DNA of 62,206 nt, the filler included. It is 6 parts of 6 records of this genome, joined end to end, with 100 filler letters (N's around TTAATTAATTAA, not from the genome) between each part and the next. Parts side by side here need not be neighbours in the genome. Positions count along the whole stretch, not along the records: positions 1 to 23,225 come from SRR20825010_4690; 5 more parts are not named here. One strand, given 5' to 3'. The position numbers and the translations under genes were made by a program. The notes under the pieces were generated by a model. That model made no database searches and was not told the DNA's origin. It was given only the letters and a program-made list of their open reading frames with translations. Below are positions 1 through 13,545 of the stretch, piece by piece. Every line of letters starts with the position of its first letter. Positions within the stretch are counted from its first letter, which is position 1.

Positions 1-1
1 C

Positions 2-1075
2 CTGCTGATCGCGGACGAGCCGACAACGGCACTCGACGTCACTGTCCAGAAGCAGGTGCTGGAATTGTTGAAAGACCTGCAACAAAAGCTGGGCATGGCC
101 ATCTTGCTGATCACCCACGACTTGTCCATCGTGCGGCGCTACGCAGACCATGTCGTGGTGATGGAGCAGGGACAACTAATTGAGGAAGCTCCGACAGCGA
201 AACTGTTTGAAGCCCCACAGCATGCCTATACCCGACGCCTGCTTGACGCAGAACCACCGGCCTCGCCGTCGGGCACCATGGTCGACAACAAGTCGCTGCT
301 GGACGTGAACAACCTTGATGTGCGCTTCGTCACCCGCAAAAGCCTGTTTGGTCGGCCTCAGTCGTGGTTTCAGGCGGTCGATGACGTCAGTTTCTCGCTC
401 AACGAAGGCGAAACCCTGGGTATCGTTGGTGAAAGCGGAAGTGGTAAGACCACGATCGGCCACGCCCTGCTGAAGCTCACTTCCAGTCGCGGCAGTATTC
501 GGCTCAGCGGCGAAGAACTCGGTCCGCTCGACCAGAAGCAGTTCCGGCCATGGCGCAGCCGTATTCAGATTGTGTTCCAAGACCCATTCGGTAGCCTCAG
601 CCCGCGGATGTCAGTCGCCGAGATCGTGCGTGAAGGCCTGGAAATACACGTACCGGCAACACCCGAAGAGCAGGACCGAAGGGTCATACAGGCGCTCACC
701 GACGTCGGGCTCGACCCACAGGCCCGTCACCGCTACCCCCATGAATTCTCCGGCGGTCAGCGCCAACGCATTGCCATCGCCCGGGCGCTGGTGCTGCAGC
801 CGGAACTCATCATTCTGGACGAGCCCACCTCTGCCCTGGACAGGACGGTTCAAAAACAGGTGATTAACCTGCTGCGGGATCTCCAGGACAAATATGGTCT
901 AAGCTATGTGTTTATCAGCCACGATCTGGCCGTGGTCCGGGCACTAAGCCACAAATTGCTGGTACTGAAGAGTGGTCGGGTCGTGGAATACGGCGATGCC
1001 GCCGGGATATTCAATACACCAAAGCACGATTACACCCGTGAACTGCTTGGGGCGGCCCTGTTCTACAGCCAATAA
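2..1075 (+). CDS. yejF: Peptide ABC transporter ATP-binding protein with duplicated ATPase domains (YejF-like), 5'-truncated
   Basis: Frame is open from base 2 ([16 protein letters not shown]). Second domain has Walker [10 protein letters not shown], signature FSGGQRQR and Walker [11 protein letters not shown]. Sits upstream of fabI as in yejABEF-fabI loci. Confidence 0.8.
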   Translation: MLIADEPTTALDVTVQKQVLELLKDLQQKLGMAILLITHDLSIVRRYADHVVVMEQGQLIEEAPTAKLFEAPQHAYTRRLLDAEPPASPSGTMVDNKSLLDVNNLDVRFVTRKSLFGRPQSWFQAVDDVSFSLNEGETLGIVGESGSGKTTIGHALLKLTSSRGSIRLSGEELGPLDQKQFRPWRSRIQIVFQDPFGSLSPRMSVAEIVREGLEIHVPATPEEQDRRVIQALTDVGLDPQARHRYPHEFSGGQRQRIAIARALVLQPELIILDEPTSALDRTVQKQVINLLRDLQDKYGLSYVFISHDLAVVRALSHKLLVLKSGRVVEYGDAAGIFNTPKHDYTRELLGAALFYSQ

Positions 1076-1179
1076 AGCGCAATGACAGGCCACGCCCGAT
1101 TACTACGACCAATTGAGCGTTACCCGCACCGCTGCGGTTCATGGATAATGCCTTAAACTGAAACACAGGGAGAATCGTT

Positions 1180-1965
1180 ATGGGATTACTCAGTGGCAAA
1201 AAAGCACTGATTGTCGGCGTTGCAAGCAAACACTCGATCGCTTATGGCATCGCCGAAGCCTTTGCCAAACAAGGCGCCGAGCTGGCATTCACTTACCAGA
1301 ATGAAAAGCTCAAATCCCGGGTAGAGAAATTCGCCGAAGGCTGGGGCAGTTCGCTGATTTTCCCGTGCGATGTTGCCAGCGATGACGAAATAGAAGCTGT
1401 GTTCACCGAACTGGGCAAGCACTGGGACGACATCGACATTATTGTCCACTCTGTCGGTTACGCCCCGGCCAACGAGCTGGATGGCAACTATGTGGACGTC
1501 ACCACGCGGGAAGGCTTCCGCATCGCCCACGACATCAGCTCCTACAGCTTTGTTGCCCTGGCCCAGGCCGGTCGCAAGATGATGCATGAAAACAGCTCCC
1601 TGCTGACCCTCAGCTACCTGGGTGCCGAGAAAGTACTGCAGAACTACAACGTCATGGGACTGGCCAAGGCTTCCCTTGAGGCGAACGTTCGCTATATGGC
1701 CGGCAGCCTGGGGCGTGATGGCATCCGGGTCAACGCCATCTCGGCAGGGCCAATCAAGACCCTGGCGGCCTCTGGCATCAAGAGCTTCCGCCGTATGCTG
1801 GCCGAGAATGCCAGGCGGGCACCGTTACGCCGCAACGTGACGACCGACGAAGTGGGTAACGCTGCTGCCTTCATGTGTTCTGACATGGCCAGCGGCATTA
1901 CTGGTGAAATCATGTACGTTGATGCCGGCTTCAACATTACCGGCATGGGCGAGTTGGAAGACTGA
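1180..1965 (+). CDS. fabI: Enoyl-ACP reductase (NADH)
   Basis: [25 protein letters not shown] (catalytic Y...K), [22 protein letters not shown] upstream. Confidence 0.97.
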   Translation: MGLLSGKKALIVGVASKHSIAYGIAEAFAKQGAELAFTYQNEKLKSRVEKFAEGWGSSLIFPCDVASDDEIEAVFTELGKHWDDIDIIVHSVGYAPANELDGNYVDVTTREGFRIAHDISSYSFVALAQAGRKMMHENSSLLTLSYLGAEKVLQNYNVMGLAKASLEANVRYMAGSLGRDGIRVNAISAGPIKTLAASGIKSFRRMLAENARRAPLRRNVTTDEVGNAAAFMCSDMASGITGEIMYVDAGFNITGMGELED

Positions 1966-1978
1966 AGCTCGCGGTTTT

Positions 1979-2006
1979 CCCGGCAGGGCTTTCGGGCCTT
2001 GCCGGG
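1979..2006. terminator. GC-rich hairpin between convergent fabI and PilZ gene
   Basis: CCCGGCAGGGCT-TTCG-GGCCTTGCCGGG forms a 12-bp stem with two G-U pairs. No clear U tract. Confidence 0.45.
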
Positions 2007-2011
2007 GCGAC

Positions 2012-2428
2012 TTAACCCTCAGACATCGCCTTTGCGACAGCTTCCACCCACTCCAGATAGGATGTGTCATCCGACTCCAGTATCTGAAGTCCCACCAGCC
2101 AACTGGTTTCAGTGCTTGCACGACACCAGACAACCTCCACCATCAGACCAAACGGCTTATTGTCATCCTCCAGACTGACCCAGGCAGGTAAGAGTGCACC
2201 CTGGGTTACCGGTTCTGCGGTCGTCAATCGGATACCACGGGCAGAGACATCGCTGGTGCGTGATACCAGAGACCGCCCGGACTGATCCCCCTCGACATCC
2301 GGAATCGGCGATTCCAGCTCCAGGGTCACACTTGCGCTCGCAGCCAGCCGGTACTCGGAACGGTTATCCCCAGATTCCGGAGCATCCTCGTAGTCGCCAA
2401 AACTGTAATCGATATCGCTCATGATCAT
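2012..2428 (-). CDS. PilZ domain protein (c-di-GMP receptor)
   Basis: RSEYR (RxxxR) and DVSARG (DxSxxG) motifs in a single-domain 138-aa protein. Confidence 0.85.
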   Translation of the reverse strand: MIMSDIDYSFGDYEDAPESGDNRSEYRLAASASVTLELESPIPDVEGDQSGRSLVSRTSDVSARGIRLTTAEPVTQGALLPAWVSLEDDNKPFGLMVEVVWCRASTETSWLVGLQILESDDTSYLEWVEAVAKAMSEG

Positions 2429-2451
2429 CTATCCGATAGTGTTTTATCCGG

Positions 2452-4275
2452 TCAGTTTCGACCGACCCTGATACGGCCAACCACCCGCGACAGAGCGTCA
2501 TCAAACTCTGCAGAGCTACCAAGTACGCGTACCCGGCCCATCACCACGTGATCCACGAGTTCATCCACCAGGAATTCGCGGCGATTCAGCCCCAGTCGGT
2601 CCACAAAAACCAACTTCCGGGAGGCATTGATCCGTACGGCCAGCTTCAGGCGAACGGCATCCTTGCCCTCACTGCTACTTTCCTCGACGATCCAACCGCC
2701 CAGTTTGATGCCTTCCACCAACTCCCTCGCAGCGGTCTCCCGCTCCTGCAACAGGCGTTGCTGCTCGGCTTCTTCATCAGCGATACGTCGATCTTCTGCC
2801 GCTTTCTTCTGCCTTGCGAGTTCAGCCTGCCTGGCGGCTTCCTCCTGTTGGCGCAATTGTTCCGCTTCCGCCTTTTCCCGACGCAAGGTTTCTGCCCGGG
2901 CTCTCGCCTCCCTGGCGGCTTCTTCCCGTTGCAACGTCTGGCGTTCAAGCACCACAGATAGCGAGGTAATGGTTTCCGCCAACACCTGACCGAAGGGAGT
3001 CAATGGTGGTAATAATCTCAGGGTGCCGCTATCGAGAGCCGTGGAGAACCTTGGCCAGGGCATTAGTCCCAGTTTGACCCCGGCACCATTGGTCCAGAGC
3101 ACTTCGCAGGTATCCGGTAGCAGAGCAAAGAAATACCGACGTCGCTCCGCGGCACCCTCACCTTCCACAAACCATTTTCCCAACAACGGCTCAACCTCGG
3201 CCTCGGGCGGTGCGGAAAACGACAACCAGGAAGGATCCCAGGAGAATCGGTCGCCTTCCGGCAACGCGGAAACCAGCTCGGGCGTTTCGCCCCTCAGACG
3301 ATCCACCATAACCGACTGGATTCCTTGCAGGGCCGAGTCATCCAGGGGCTTACCGTTGACGCGGTTCCAGACGTCGCTGATCCGGTCACCAATTTGCTCC
3401 CCCACCGTATAGAGGCGGTTCCTGTCCTTGTCGGAAAGCGCCGGATCACCAATCCAGACAAGCCATTCCAATAGTTTGCTGGCATGCCGCCAGTTGTCGC
3501 CCTCGGTGCCTTCCTGCCAGACAATCTGCTTGATCAGGGCAAACCAGTGATCAAAGATAAACCGAACCACGGCTTGCGGCAGCTGACGATTCTGGAGGGC
3601 CCGGCCCACCAATGCCCTAGCCGTCTGTTCCGACTTTCTTTGACGGGCGGCGCCCTGCTCGGTTTCCAGCAACCGCTGACGTAAACGCTCATTCTGCTGT
3701 TCGCGCTTTCCCGCATCCTCTTCCCACTGACGGCAGAATTCGATAACCGGCCCGACGTCCCCGGAATCGAAACAGCCGGACACCGCTATGGTCAGTGAAT
3801 CCAACTGATCCAGGAGGGCCCTCCCTGAGCGCCCGCCGGAACCACTCCATCCCCTGCAGTCCTGCAGGCTGTCAAGCCAGTGCACGATGGTATCGTTCAG
3901 CGCTCCGGCTCCCTCAAGGTTCATTCGCCAGGCGAGAAAGAACCGAAGGCGGGCAATTCGCAGGGCCAGTTCGGGATGGAGGCCGCTGGTCTTGAGAAAC
4001 ACATCCATGATTCGGTCCGCCACATAGGCGGAATTGATCTGCCTGACCGACCAGGTCAAGGATACCGAGCGGATAACGCGGGTCACGGGCTCATCCCGCT
4101 GCTCCGTCCAGCAGGACAGCAACAATGGGCGCCAGTCGCTGGCTGCGTCTGCAGCAACCTTTCCCGCGGGATAGGGAAGATCGGGTACACGAATGCCTGA
4201 AAGCACGTCCCCAATCCTCTTTACCACCTGTTTCCGGGACAGTACTTTGCGCTTTTTCTGCGTGCTCTGCTGCAT
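2452..4275 (-). CDS. DUF1631 family protein
   Basis: Helical protein with a coiled coil and a C-terminal KLAVRINASRKLVFVDRLG...FDDALSRVV segment typical of DUF1631. Assigned from recognition only. Confidence 0.7.
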   Translation of the reverse strand: MQQSTQKKRKVLSRKQVVKRIGDVLSGIRVPDLPYPAGKVAADAASDWRPLLLSCWTEQRDEPVTRVIRSVSLTWSVRQINSAYVADRIMDVFLKTSGLHPELALRIARLRFFLAWRMNLEGAGALNDTIVHWLDSLQDCRGWSGSGGRSGRALLDQLDSLTIAVSGCFDSGDVGPVIEFCRQWEEDAGKREQQNERLRQRLLETEQGAARQRKSEQTARALVGRALQNRQLPQAVVRFIFDHWFALIKQIVWQEGTEGDNWRHASKLLEWLVWIGDPALSDKDRNRLYTVGEQIGDRISDVWNRVNGKPLDDSALQGIQSVMVDRLRGETPELVSALPEGDRFSWDPSWLSFSAPPEAEVEPLLGKWFVEGEGAAERRRYFFALLPDTCEVLWTNGAGVKLGLMPWPRFSTALDSGTLRLLPPLTPFGQVLAETITSLSVVLERQTLQREEAAREARARAETLRREKAEAEQLRQQEEAARQAELARQKKAAEDRRIADEEAEQQRLLQERETAARELVEGIKLGGWIVEESSSEGKDAVRLKLAVRINASRKLVFVDRLGLNRREFLVDELVDHVVMGRVRVLGSSAEFDDALSRVVGRIRVGRN

Positions 4276-4399
4276 CCGTTCCCCGCGCGTCAGAAGCGTT
4301 GAAAAGGTTCATCAAATAACGCAGTATAACCAACTCGCCGGGGTTTACCGCAACTAAGCGCCGGCCAGTCATGTTTTATGCGACGGGGATAACAACAGA

Positions 4400-5473
4400 A
4401 TGTCGGGCACCAAACTAGAGAATCTGAATGTGGCGAGTCAGGAACCTTTGATTACCCCTGAAGCGCTCAAGCAGGAGATGCCGCTTTCCGGCAAGGCCGC
4501 GGAAACCGTGGAAAAAGGCCGCCAGGCCATCTATGACATCATGGACGGCAAGGACCATCGCCTGTTTGTGGTGGTGGGCCCCTGCTCCATTCATGATGTC
4601 GAAGCTGCCCGGGAATACGCCGCCAGGCTGAAGAAGCTGGCAGAAGAAGTCAGCGATACCCTGCTGATCGTCATGCGGGTGTATTTCGAGAAGCCTCGCA
4701 CCACCGTTGGCTGGAAAGGGTTGATTAACGACCCCCACCTCAACGACACCTTCGACATTGAACAGGGCCTGCACATCGGCCGTCGTCTGCTCCTGGATAT
4801 CTCCGAGTTGGGACTGCCCACGGCGACAGAAGCACTGGATCCTATCTCCCCGCAATACCTGCAGGATACAATCTCCTGGTCCGCTATTGGCGCGCGCACC
4901 ACAGAATCTCAGACTCACCGGGAAATGAGCAGTGGCCTGTCCATGGCCATTGGCTTCAAGAACGGTACCGATGGCAGCCTGGACGTTGCAGTTAATGCCA
5001 TGAAGTCGGTCTCTCACCCTCACAGCTTCCTCGGCATTGACCAGCAAGGCAAGGTCGCGGTCATCCGTACCCGGGGTAACAATTACGGCCACGTGGTTCT
5101 GCGTGGCGGCGGTGGCAAACCCAACTATGACTCAGTCAACGTTGCCCTGTGTGAACAGGCGCTGGAGAAATCCAAACTCCGTCAGTCGATCATGGTTGAC
5201 TGCAGCCACGCCAATTCCAGCAAGGACCCGGCCATACAGCCTCTGGTATTGCAGGACATCACCCATCAGATCGTTGAGGGCAACCAGTCCATCCAGGGTT
5301 TGATGGTGGAAAGCAACCTGAATTGGGGCAATCAGTCGATTCCTGAAAACCTGGCCGATCTTAAATACGGTGTGTCCGTGACGGACGCCTGTATTGACTG
5401 GGAGACCACTGAAAAAGCCCTGCGTGACATGCGGGAGAAACTGAAGGACGTTCTGCCGAAGCGTCGGGGCTGA
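4400..5473 (+). CDS. aroG: 3-deoxy-7-phosphoheptulonate (DAHP) synthase, class I (AroG/AroF type)
   Basis: VVGPCSIHD, RVYFEKPRTTVGWKG, IGARTTESQTHRE, DCSHANS, YGVSVTDACI. Paralogue (aroG/F/H) cannot be fixed from sequence. Confidence 0.92.
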   Translation: MSGTKLENLNVASQEPLITPEALKQEMPLSGKAAETVEKGRQAIYDIMDGKDHRLFVVVGPCSIHDVEAAREYAARLKKLAEEVSDTLLIVMRVYFEKPRTTVGWKGLINDPHLNDTFDIEQGLHIGRRLLLDISELGLPTATEALDPISPQYLQDTISWSAIGARTTESQTHREMSSGLSMAIGFKNGTDGSLDVAVNAMKSVSHPHSFLGIDQQGKVAVIRTRGNNYGHVVLRGGGGKPNYDSVNVALCEQALEKSKLRQSIMVDCSHANSSKDPAIQPLVLQDITHQIVEGNQSIQGLMVESNLNWGNQSIPENLADLKYGVSVTDACIDWETTEKALRDMREKLKDVLPKRRG

Positions 5474-5475
5474 TT

Positions 5476-7676
<2,201 letters not shown>

Positions 7677-9020
7677 TCAGCGTTGCGGGTAACGTTTGCG
7701 GTCGCTGTTGCGGTTCCAGTCGTCGAGCCGGCCACGCTTTTCGGCGAGTTTGATTTCCAGGCCCCGATGGACTGGCTCATAGTAACGGCGCTGGTGAATG
7801 GCCTCGGGGAGATAGGATTCTCCGGCGGCGAATGCTTCCGGCTCGTCATGGGCATAACGGTATTCGTCACCGTGCCCCATGGACTTCAACAGTTTGGTGG
7901 GGGCGTTGCGCAGGTGAACGGGCACCTCATAGTCCGGGTCATTGCGGATATCGGCCATACACTGGTTAAAGGCGGAATAGACCGCGTTACTCTTGGGCGA
8001 AAGGGCAAGATAGGTAACTGCCTGAGCGAGCGCCAGTTCGCCCTCGGGGGAACCCAGTCGCTCCTGGGCCTCCCAGGCGTCCATGGCAATCTGCAGCGCC
8101 CTCGGGTCGGCATTGCCTATGTCCTCGCTGGCAATTCGCGCCAGACGCCGGGCCACATACAACGGATCACAACCGCCATCCAGCATGCGACATAGCCAGT
8201 ACAGGGAGCCATCGGGGTCGGAGCCCCGCACAGACTTGTGAAGTGCCGATATCTGGTCGTAGAAGACATCGCCGCCTTTATCGAACCGCCTCAGGCTGGT
8301 TTGCAGCACCTGTTCCAGATGATCGGAGGTAATTCTGGCGGCACCGTCTTCATCAGGCTCTGCAAGATCCGTTGCCACTTCCAGAATATTCAGCGCACGC
8401 CTGCCATCGCCGCCCGATGCGGTTGCCATCAGCTCCAGGACGCTCTTTTCCACGGTGAATCGCCCTGCCAGCCCCTCTGGTGAAGACAGTGACCGCCCAA
8501 GCAGTTCCAGAATGTCGGTTTCTTCAAGGTTCTTCAGTACGTAGACGCGGGTACGGGAGAGCAACGCACTGTTCAGTTCAAAGGAAGGGTTCTCGGTGGT
8601 GGCACCGACAAAGATGAAAGTACCGTCTTCAATGTGAGGAAGAAACGCATCCTGCTGGCTTTTATTGAAACGGTGAACTTCATCGACAAACAGCAGGGTG
8701 TCGCGCCCTTCGCTGCGCTTGCGGTCTTTCGCCCGCTCAACAATGAGACGGATATCCTTTACACCGCTGAGAACGGCCGAAACGGTCTCAAAGCTGAGAT
8801 CACTGAGGTTGGCCAGCAGGCGGGCGAAGGTGGTCTTACCGACACCCGGAGGGCCCCACAGGATCATGGAGTGGAGCTGTCCCTGCTCAACCGCCCTGCG
8901 GAGCGGCTTGCCCTCGCCCACCAGATGTGACTGGCCGACGTATTCATCAAGGCTCGCCGGGCGCATTCGCGCAGCCAGCGGGCGGAAACCCTGCTGTTCC
9001 GCGAACAGGCTATCCTGCAT
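7677..9020 (-). CDS. rarA: Replication-associated recombination protein A (AAA+ ATPase)
   Basis: PLAARMRP, LWGPPGVGKTT, FVDEVHRFNKSQQD, GATTENPSF, ISALHKSVRGSDPD, SEDIGNADP. Confidence 0.96.
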   Translation of the reverse strand: MQDSLFAEQQGFRPLAARMRPASLDEYVGQSHLVGEGKPLRRAVEQGQLHSMILWGPPGVGKTTFARLLANLSDLSFETVSAVLSGVKDIRLIVERAKDRKRSEGRDTLLFVDEVHRFNKSQQDAFLPHIEDGTFIFVGATTENPSFELNSALLSRTRVYVLKNLEETDILELLGRSLSSPEGLAGRFTVEKSVLELMATASGGDGRRALNILEVATDLAEPDEDGAARITSDHLEQVLQTSLRRFDKGGDVFYDQISALHKSVRGSDPDGSLYWLCRMLDGGCDPLYVARRLARIASEDIGNADPRALQIAMDAWEAQERLGSPEGELALAQAVTYLALSPKSNAVYSAFNQCMADIRNDPDYEVPVHLRNAPTKLLKSMGHGDEYRYAHDEPEAFAAGESYLPEAIHQRRYYEPVHRGLEIKLAEKRGRLDDWNRNSDRKRYPQR

Positions 9021-9676
9021 CAGGCCCCGTCCCGGATCACATCCACGCTGTCAGGGTAATTCAGGGTAAACGCATTGTCCTCCACCGGGGCGTTCAGGCG
9101 AATGTCCTCGAAACTGAGAACGCTGAGCTGCGCCAGTGAATCCTGCATGCGCATTTCCTGCAGCTCACCGTTATGGAAGGTCAGCCTCAGGGATACGAAC
9201 AGGGAATCCTCGCTTCGCGGTTCCAGGGTGAACTCACGGATATTCTCCCCAGGAGAGCGGGAGGACACGCGATAGGTCTCATTGAGGTTATCAACCTCAC
9301 CACTCAAAAGAAGCGCTGGTGTTGTCTGTACACGCTCGTCCAGGCTGTGGATGGTGACCTGTTCCAGGTCCGGATCGTAGACTTCCACGGTTTCACCATT
9401 ACTGACGACGAACTGTGAATGGGGTTCACGAGTTTCCCAGTAGAACAACCCAGGACGCTTGGCCTTCAGGGAACCACGGCTCTCCTGAACGCGATTGCCG
9501 TTTTCGTTAACCACGATCTGAATAAAATCAGACTGGAAGGATTCGTAATTCTTGAGCAGCGCAGACAGATCCGCTGCGGCCTTTGCACTGGTATCTTCCG
9601 CCATGGCCGGCGTGATCACCGATATCAGGGCCGAAAACGCGGTGACCAACCAAAGGGCTTTTGCTGAAACTCTCAT
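9020..9676 (-). CDS. lolA: Outer-membrane lipoprotein chaperone
   Basis: Signal peptide, KRPGLFYWE, YDPDLEQVT, TPALLLSG. Lies between ftsK and rarA. Confidence 0.93.
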   Translation of the reverse strand: MRVSAKALWLVTAFSALISVITPAMAEDTSAKAAADLSALLKNYESFQSDFIQIVVNENGNRVQESRGSLKAKRPGLFYWETREPHSQFVVSNGETVEVYDPDLEQVTIHSLDERVQTTPALLLSGEVDNLNETYRVSSRSPGENIREFTLEPRSEDSLFVSLRLTFHNGELQEMRMQDSLAQLSVLSFEDIRLNAPVEDNAFTLNYPDSVDVIRDGA

Positions 9677-9688
9677 GAATCGCTACTC

Positions 9689-12268
9689 CTAATCTCTCGG
9701 TGGCGGTGGTGCCAGAACTTCACGGGCGCCATTATGCCCGGCTGCGCTGACCACACCGGATGCTTCCATGGCGTCGACCAGGTTCGCGGCCCGGTTATAG
9801 CCGATCTTGAATTTACGTTGTACGGATGAAATTGACACCCGCCTGCCCTCAGTAACAAAGGCTACTGCCTCGTCGAACAGAGCATCCCCCTCACTGTCAC
9901 CGCCGCCTTCACTCAGGTTAGGCACGCCAGGCAGGTTCTCGCCTTCGGCCCCGTTCAGTACATCGTCCACATAAACGGGCTCTCCACGTGCTTTCCAGGC
10001 GCTGACAACCCGGTGAACTTCGTCGTCGTCTACGAAGGCACCATGCACCCGTACCGGCAGTCCAGAGCCCGGGGGCAGGTAGAGCATGTCACCATGCCCC
10101 AACAACTGTTCCGCCCCACCCTGGTCCAGTACCGTGCGGGAATCGATCTTGGACGATACCTGGAAGGACATCCGCGTCGGAATGTTGGCCTTGATCAGGC
10201 CCGTGATAACGTCCACAGACGGCCGTTGCGTAGCCAGGATCAGATGAATGCCGGCGGCACGGGCTTTCTGGGCGATCCGCGCAATGAGCTCCTCGACCTT
10301 CTTGCCAACGATCATCATCATGTCGGCAAATTCGTCAATGACCACCACGATGAACGGAAGGGTTTCCAGTTCCGGGCGTTCCTGCTCGTCATCCGCCAGG
10401 TACTCATCCGGCTTCCACGTTGGGTCCAGCAGTGGCTCACCCGCGGCGGCTGCATCCTTAACCTTGCGGTTGTAGCCGGCCAGGTTGCGTACACCCAGGC
10501 TCGCCAACAGCCGATACCGGCGCTCCATTTCCGCTACACACCAACGCAGCGCGTTGGCCGCGTCTTTCATATCGGTGACCACCGGCGCCAACAGATGCGG
10601 AATACCATCATAGATGCTCAATTCAAGCATCTTGGGGTCGACCATGATGAAACGAACTTCTTCGGGAGTGGCTTTCAACAGCATGCTCAGTATCATGGCG
10701 TTGACGCCCACCGACTTGCCGGAACCGGTTGTGCCGGCCACCAGCAGGTGCGGCATCTTCGCCAGATTGGCCACCATCGGGTTACCGCCGATGTCGTTAC
10801 CCAACGCCAGGGTCAAGGCAGACGATGAGTCCTGGAACACCCGGGCGTTCAACACCTCACTGAGCCGGACCATTTCCCGCTCTTCGTTCGGTATCTCGAT
10901 ACCCACCACGGACTTGCCCGGAATCACCTCAACCACGCGAACACTGAGGACCGCCAGGGAACGGGCAAGATCCTTCGCCAGGTTGGAAATCTTGCTGACC
11001 TTGACGCCTGGCGCGGGTTTAATCTCAAACCGGGTAATAACCGGCCCGGGGTTAACCTCGACCACTTCCACGGAAACGCCGAAATCCGCGAGCTTTTCTT
11101 CCAGCAACCGCGACATGTGTTGAAGCGACTCCTCGGAATAGCCCCTTTCCTTGTGCTCCTCCGGTGGGTCCAGCAGGGTTATGGGCGGAATGGTGCTTTC
11201 AATATCTTCCAGCAACGACGCCTGTTTGCTCTTGGCGCCATTGGTGCTGCCGGCGGACTGATCATCCCGCTTGAACGGGGATATCTTCAGGGATTTCCCG
11301 GGCGGCTTGGAATTCCCCTTTGGCGACGGTTTGGCCACCGGTGTCGTGTCATCCTGGGAGCTGAAGCTTTCCAGCCGAGCGGGTTCGGCATCATCAACTG
11401 GCAGTACGCCTTCCAGGCCCGGTTCTTTTCGCTCTGGGCGTGATGCAGGTGCCTTGACCTTTTCAGCACGCGGACCCAGGCCCAACAGGCGCCGCCACCA
11501 GGAGTTGCCTGCCGCCGGGGTTTTCTGGGTTGCCACCCTGTCCCGCACCGTGGGCGGCTCCGCTGGTTTCTTCGCGGGTTCGGGTGCAGCCGGGGCTTTT
11601 GCTGCCGGTTTGGGCTTTTCCTTGTCGGAAGAGGAGAAAAGGTTTTTGATGGCATTACCGATACGGAGCGTCAGATTGCCAACCTGATCCATCAGCCAGA
11701 ACCAGGACATCCCCGTACTGACCGTCAGTGCAAACAGGAAAATCGCAATGAGCAGCAGCGTCGTGGCCGGCAGGTTAAAGAAGCGCACCATGGCCTCAGA
11801 CACCGCGGAGCCCAGCACACCGCCCGACGTTACCCCAAGACCGAACACAGAATAGAGCGACAGTAGGCTTGTCGCCGACAGCAAGATCAACAGGAAACCG
11901 CCAAAACGTAGCAGAAACAGCGGCATGTGCATGTCGATAGGATCGTTCCGGCGGCGAATCAACATCAACGCATAGCCGGCGATCATTACGGGAAACAGAA
12001 AGGCGACATGGCCGAAAAAGTCACGTAGTAGACTGGCCAACCAGGCGCCCGTTCGGCCTGCGTAATTCTGCACACTGGTGTCGTGGCCAATGCTGGCCCA
12101 ACCAGGATCCGAAGGGCTGAAGGTAACCAGCGCCATTCCCAGATAAATGCACAGTGCGATCAGGGCGATCACCGCTCCTTCCCTGGCCCCCTGGGCCAGG
12201 AAGCGACGGAACCGCTCCTGTTTTTCGGTCAACTCACCGGATTTTTTCGCTTTTACGCTCTCAGCCAT
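9689..12268 (-). CDS. ftsK: DNA translocase FtsK
   Basis: N-terminal 4-TM domain, Pro/Lys-rich linker, [32 protein letters not shown], gamma domain [17 protein letters not shown]. Confidence 0.97.
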   Translation of the reverse strand: MAESVKAKKSGELTEKQERFRRFLAQGAREGAVIALIALCIYLGMALVTFSPSDPGWASIGHDTSVQNYAGRTGAWLASLLRDFFGHVAFLFPVMIAGYALMLIRRRNDPIDMHMPLFLLRFGGFLLILLSATSLLSLYSVFGLGVTSGGVLGSAVSEAMVRFFNLPATTLLLIAIFLFALTVSTGMSWFWLMDQVGNLTLRIGNAIKNLFSSSDKEKPKPAAKAPAAPEPAKKPAEPPTVRDRVATQKTPAAGNSWWRRLLGLGPRAEKVKAPASRPERKEPGLEGVLPVDDAEPARLESFSSQDDTTPVAKPSPKGNSKPPGKSLKISPFKRDDQSAGSTNGAKSKQASLLEDIESTIPPITLLDPPEEHKERGYSEESLQHMSRLLEEKLADFGVSVEVVEVNPGPVITRFEIKPAPGVKVSKISNLAKDLARSLAVLSVRVVEVIPGKSVVGIEIPNEEREMVRLSEVLNARVFQDSSSALTLALGNDIGGNPMVANLAKMPHLLVAGTTGSGKSVGVNAMILSMLLKATPEEVRFIMVDPKMLELSIYDGIPHLLAPVVTDMKDAANALRWCVAEMERRYRLLASLGVRNLAGYNRKVKDAAAAGEPLLDPTWKPDEYLADDEQERPELETLPFIVVVIDEFADMMMIVGKKVEELIARIAQKARAAGIHLILATQRPSVDVITGLIKANIPTRMSFQVSSKIDSRTVLDQGGAEQLLGHGDMLYLPPGSGLPVRVHGAFVDDDEVHRVVSAWKARGEPVYVDDVLNGAEGENLPGVPNLSEGGGDSEGDALFDEAVAFVTEGRRVSISSVQRKFKIGYNRAANLVDAMEASGVVSAAGHNGAREVLAPPPPRD

Positions 12269-12274
12269 GAATGC

Positions 12275-13516
12275 TCAGACAGTTCCCTGACGGTAATTTT
12301 CAAGAGCCTCAAACCCGCGTTGCAGATCGGTTTTGAGGTCCTCAACAGCTTCGATACCCACCGAGATCCGTACCAGATTTTCGGTAATACCCGCCTGAAC
12401 CTTGTCTTCCGGAGACAGGCGACCGTGCGTGGTTGTGGCCGGATGGGTAATCGTGGTTTTGACGTCACCAAGATTGGCGGTAATGGAGATCATTCGCGTC
12501 GCATCGATGAACGCCCAGGCCTCTTCCCGACCACCTTTCACGGTAAAGGAAAGGACTCCACCAAACCCGCTTTGCTGACGCTTCGCCAATTCATGCTGTG
12601 GATGATCGGGCAAACCGGCATAGAATACATGATCCACCGCGCCCTGCCCTTCAAGCCATGTCGCCAACTCTAACGCATTGTCACAATGGGCGCGCATACG
12701 GATTGGTAAGGTTTCCAGACCCTTGAGGAAAACCCACGCGTTGAATGGGCTCAGGGTGGGACCGGCAGAACGAAGGAAGCCGTAGACCTCCTCCATCAGT
12801 GTGTTGGGACCAATAACGACACCACCGACACATCGGCCCTGGCCATCCAGATACTTGGTGGCAGAGTGAATGATAACATCGGCGCCATGCTCAAATGGGC
12901 GCTGCAGCACGGGTGTACAGAAACAGTTGTCCACGACGAACAAGGCGTCATTCGCCCGGGCCAACCCGGACAGTGCCTCCATGTCGGCGACTTCGCACAA
13001 CGGGTTCGTTGGCGTTTCGATGAACAGCATCCGGGTTTCAGGGCGCACCGCAGCCTGCCATTGCGACATATCCGTCAGGCCCACAAAGGTGGTGTCCACA
13101 CCAAACTTCGCCAGGTACTTCTGAAAAAGCACATTGGTGGTGCCAAACACGCCCCGCGAGCAAATCACGTGATCACCCGCTTTCAGCAGCGCCATGCAGG
13201 TCGCCAGGATGGCCGCCATGCCGGACGACGTCGCTACAGCACGCTCTCCGCCTTCCATCGCCGCAATACGGGATTCAAACGCCTGTACCGTGGGATTGGT
13301 AAAACGGGAATAGATATTGCCCGGCTCCTCACCACCAAACCGGGCCGCTGCCTGTGCGGCACTGCCATAAACGAAGCTCGACGTTGGGAAAATTGCGTCG
13401 CTATGCTCCAGTTGGCCGGTGCGAATCTGACCGGCACGGACCGCGAGAGTGTCCACCGACATGCCCTCAAGATCCGACTCGGGGATCAGAACATGTTCTT
13501 CGCGGCGATAGGTCAT
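12275..13516 (-). CDS. metZ: O-succinylhomoserine sulfhydrylase
   Basis: YSRFTNPT, SSGMAA, VDNCF, HSATKYLDGQGR (PLP Lys), ANLGDVKTT. Follows purF. Confidence 0.93.
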   Translation of the reverse strand: MTYRREEHVLIPESDLEGMSVDTLAVRAGQIRTGQLEHSDAIFPTSSFVYGSAAQAAARFGGEEPGNIYSRFTNPTVQAFESRIAAMEGGERAVATSSGMAAILATCMALLKAGDHVICSRGVFGTTNVLFQKYLAKFGVDTTFVGLTDMSQWQAAVRPETRMLFIETPTNPLCEVADMEALSGLARANDALFVVDNCFCTPVLQRPFEHGADVIIHSATKYLDGQGRCVGGVVIGPNTLMEEVYGFLRSAGPTLSPFNAWVFLKGLETLPIRMRAHCDNALELATWLEGQGAVDHVFYAGLPDHPQHELAKRQQSGFGGVLSFTVKGGREEAWAFIDATRMISITANLGDVKTTITHPATTTHGRLSPEDKVQAGITENLVRISVGIEAVEDLKTDLQRGFEALENYRQGTV

Positions 13517-13545
13517 GACAAACTCCTGTTTATGGCCATGCTGGG

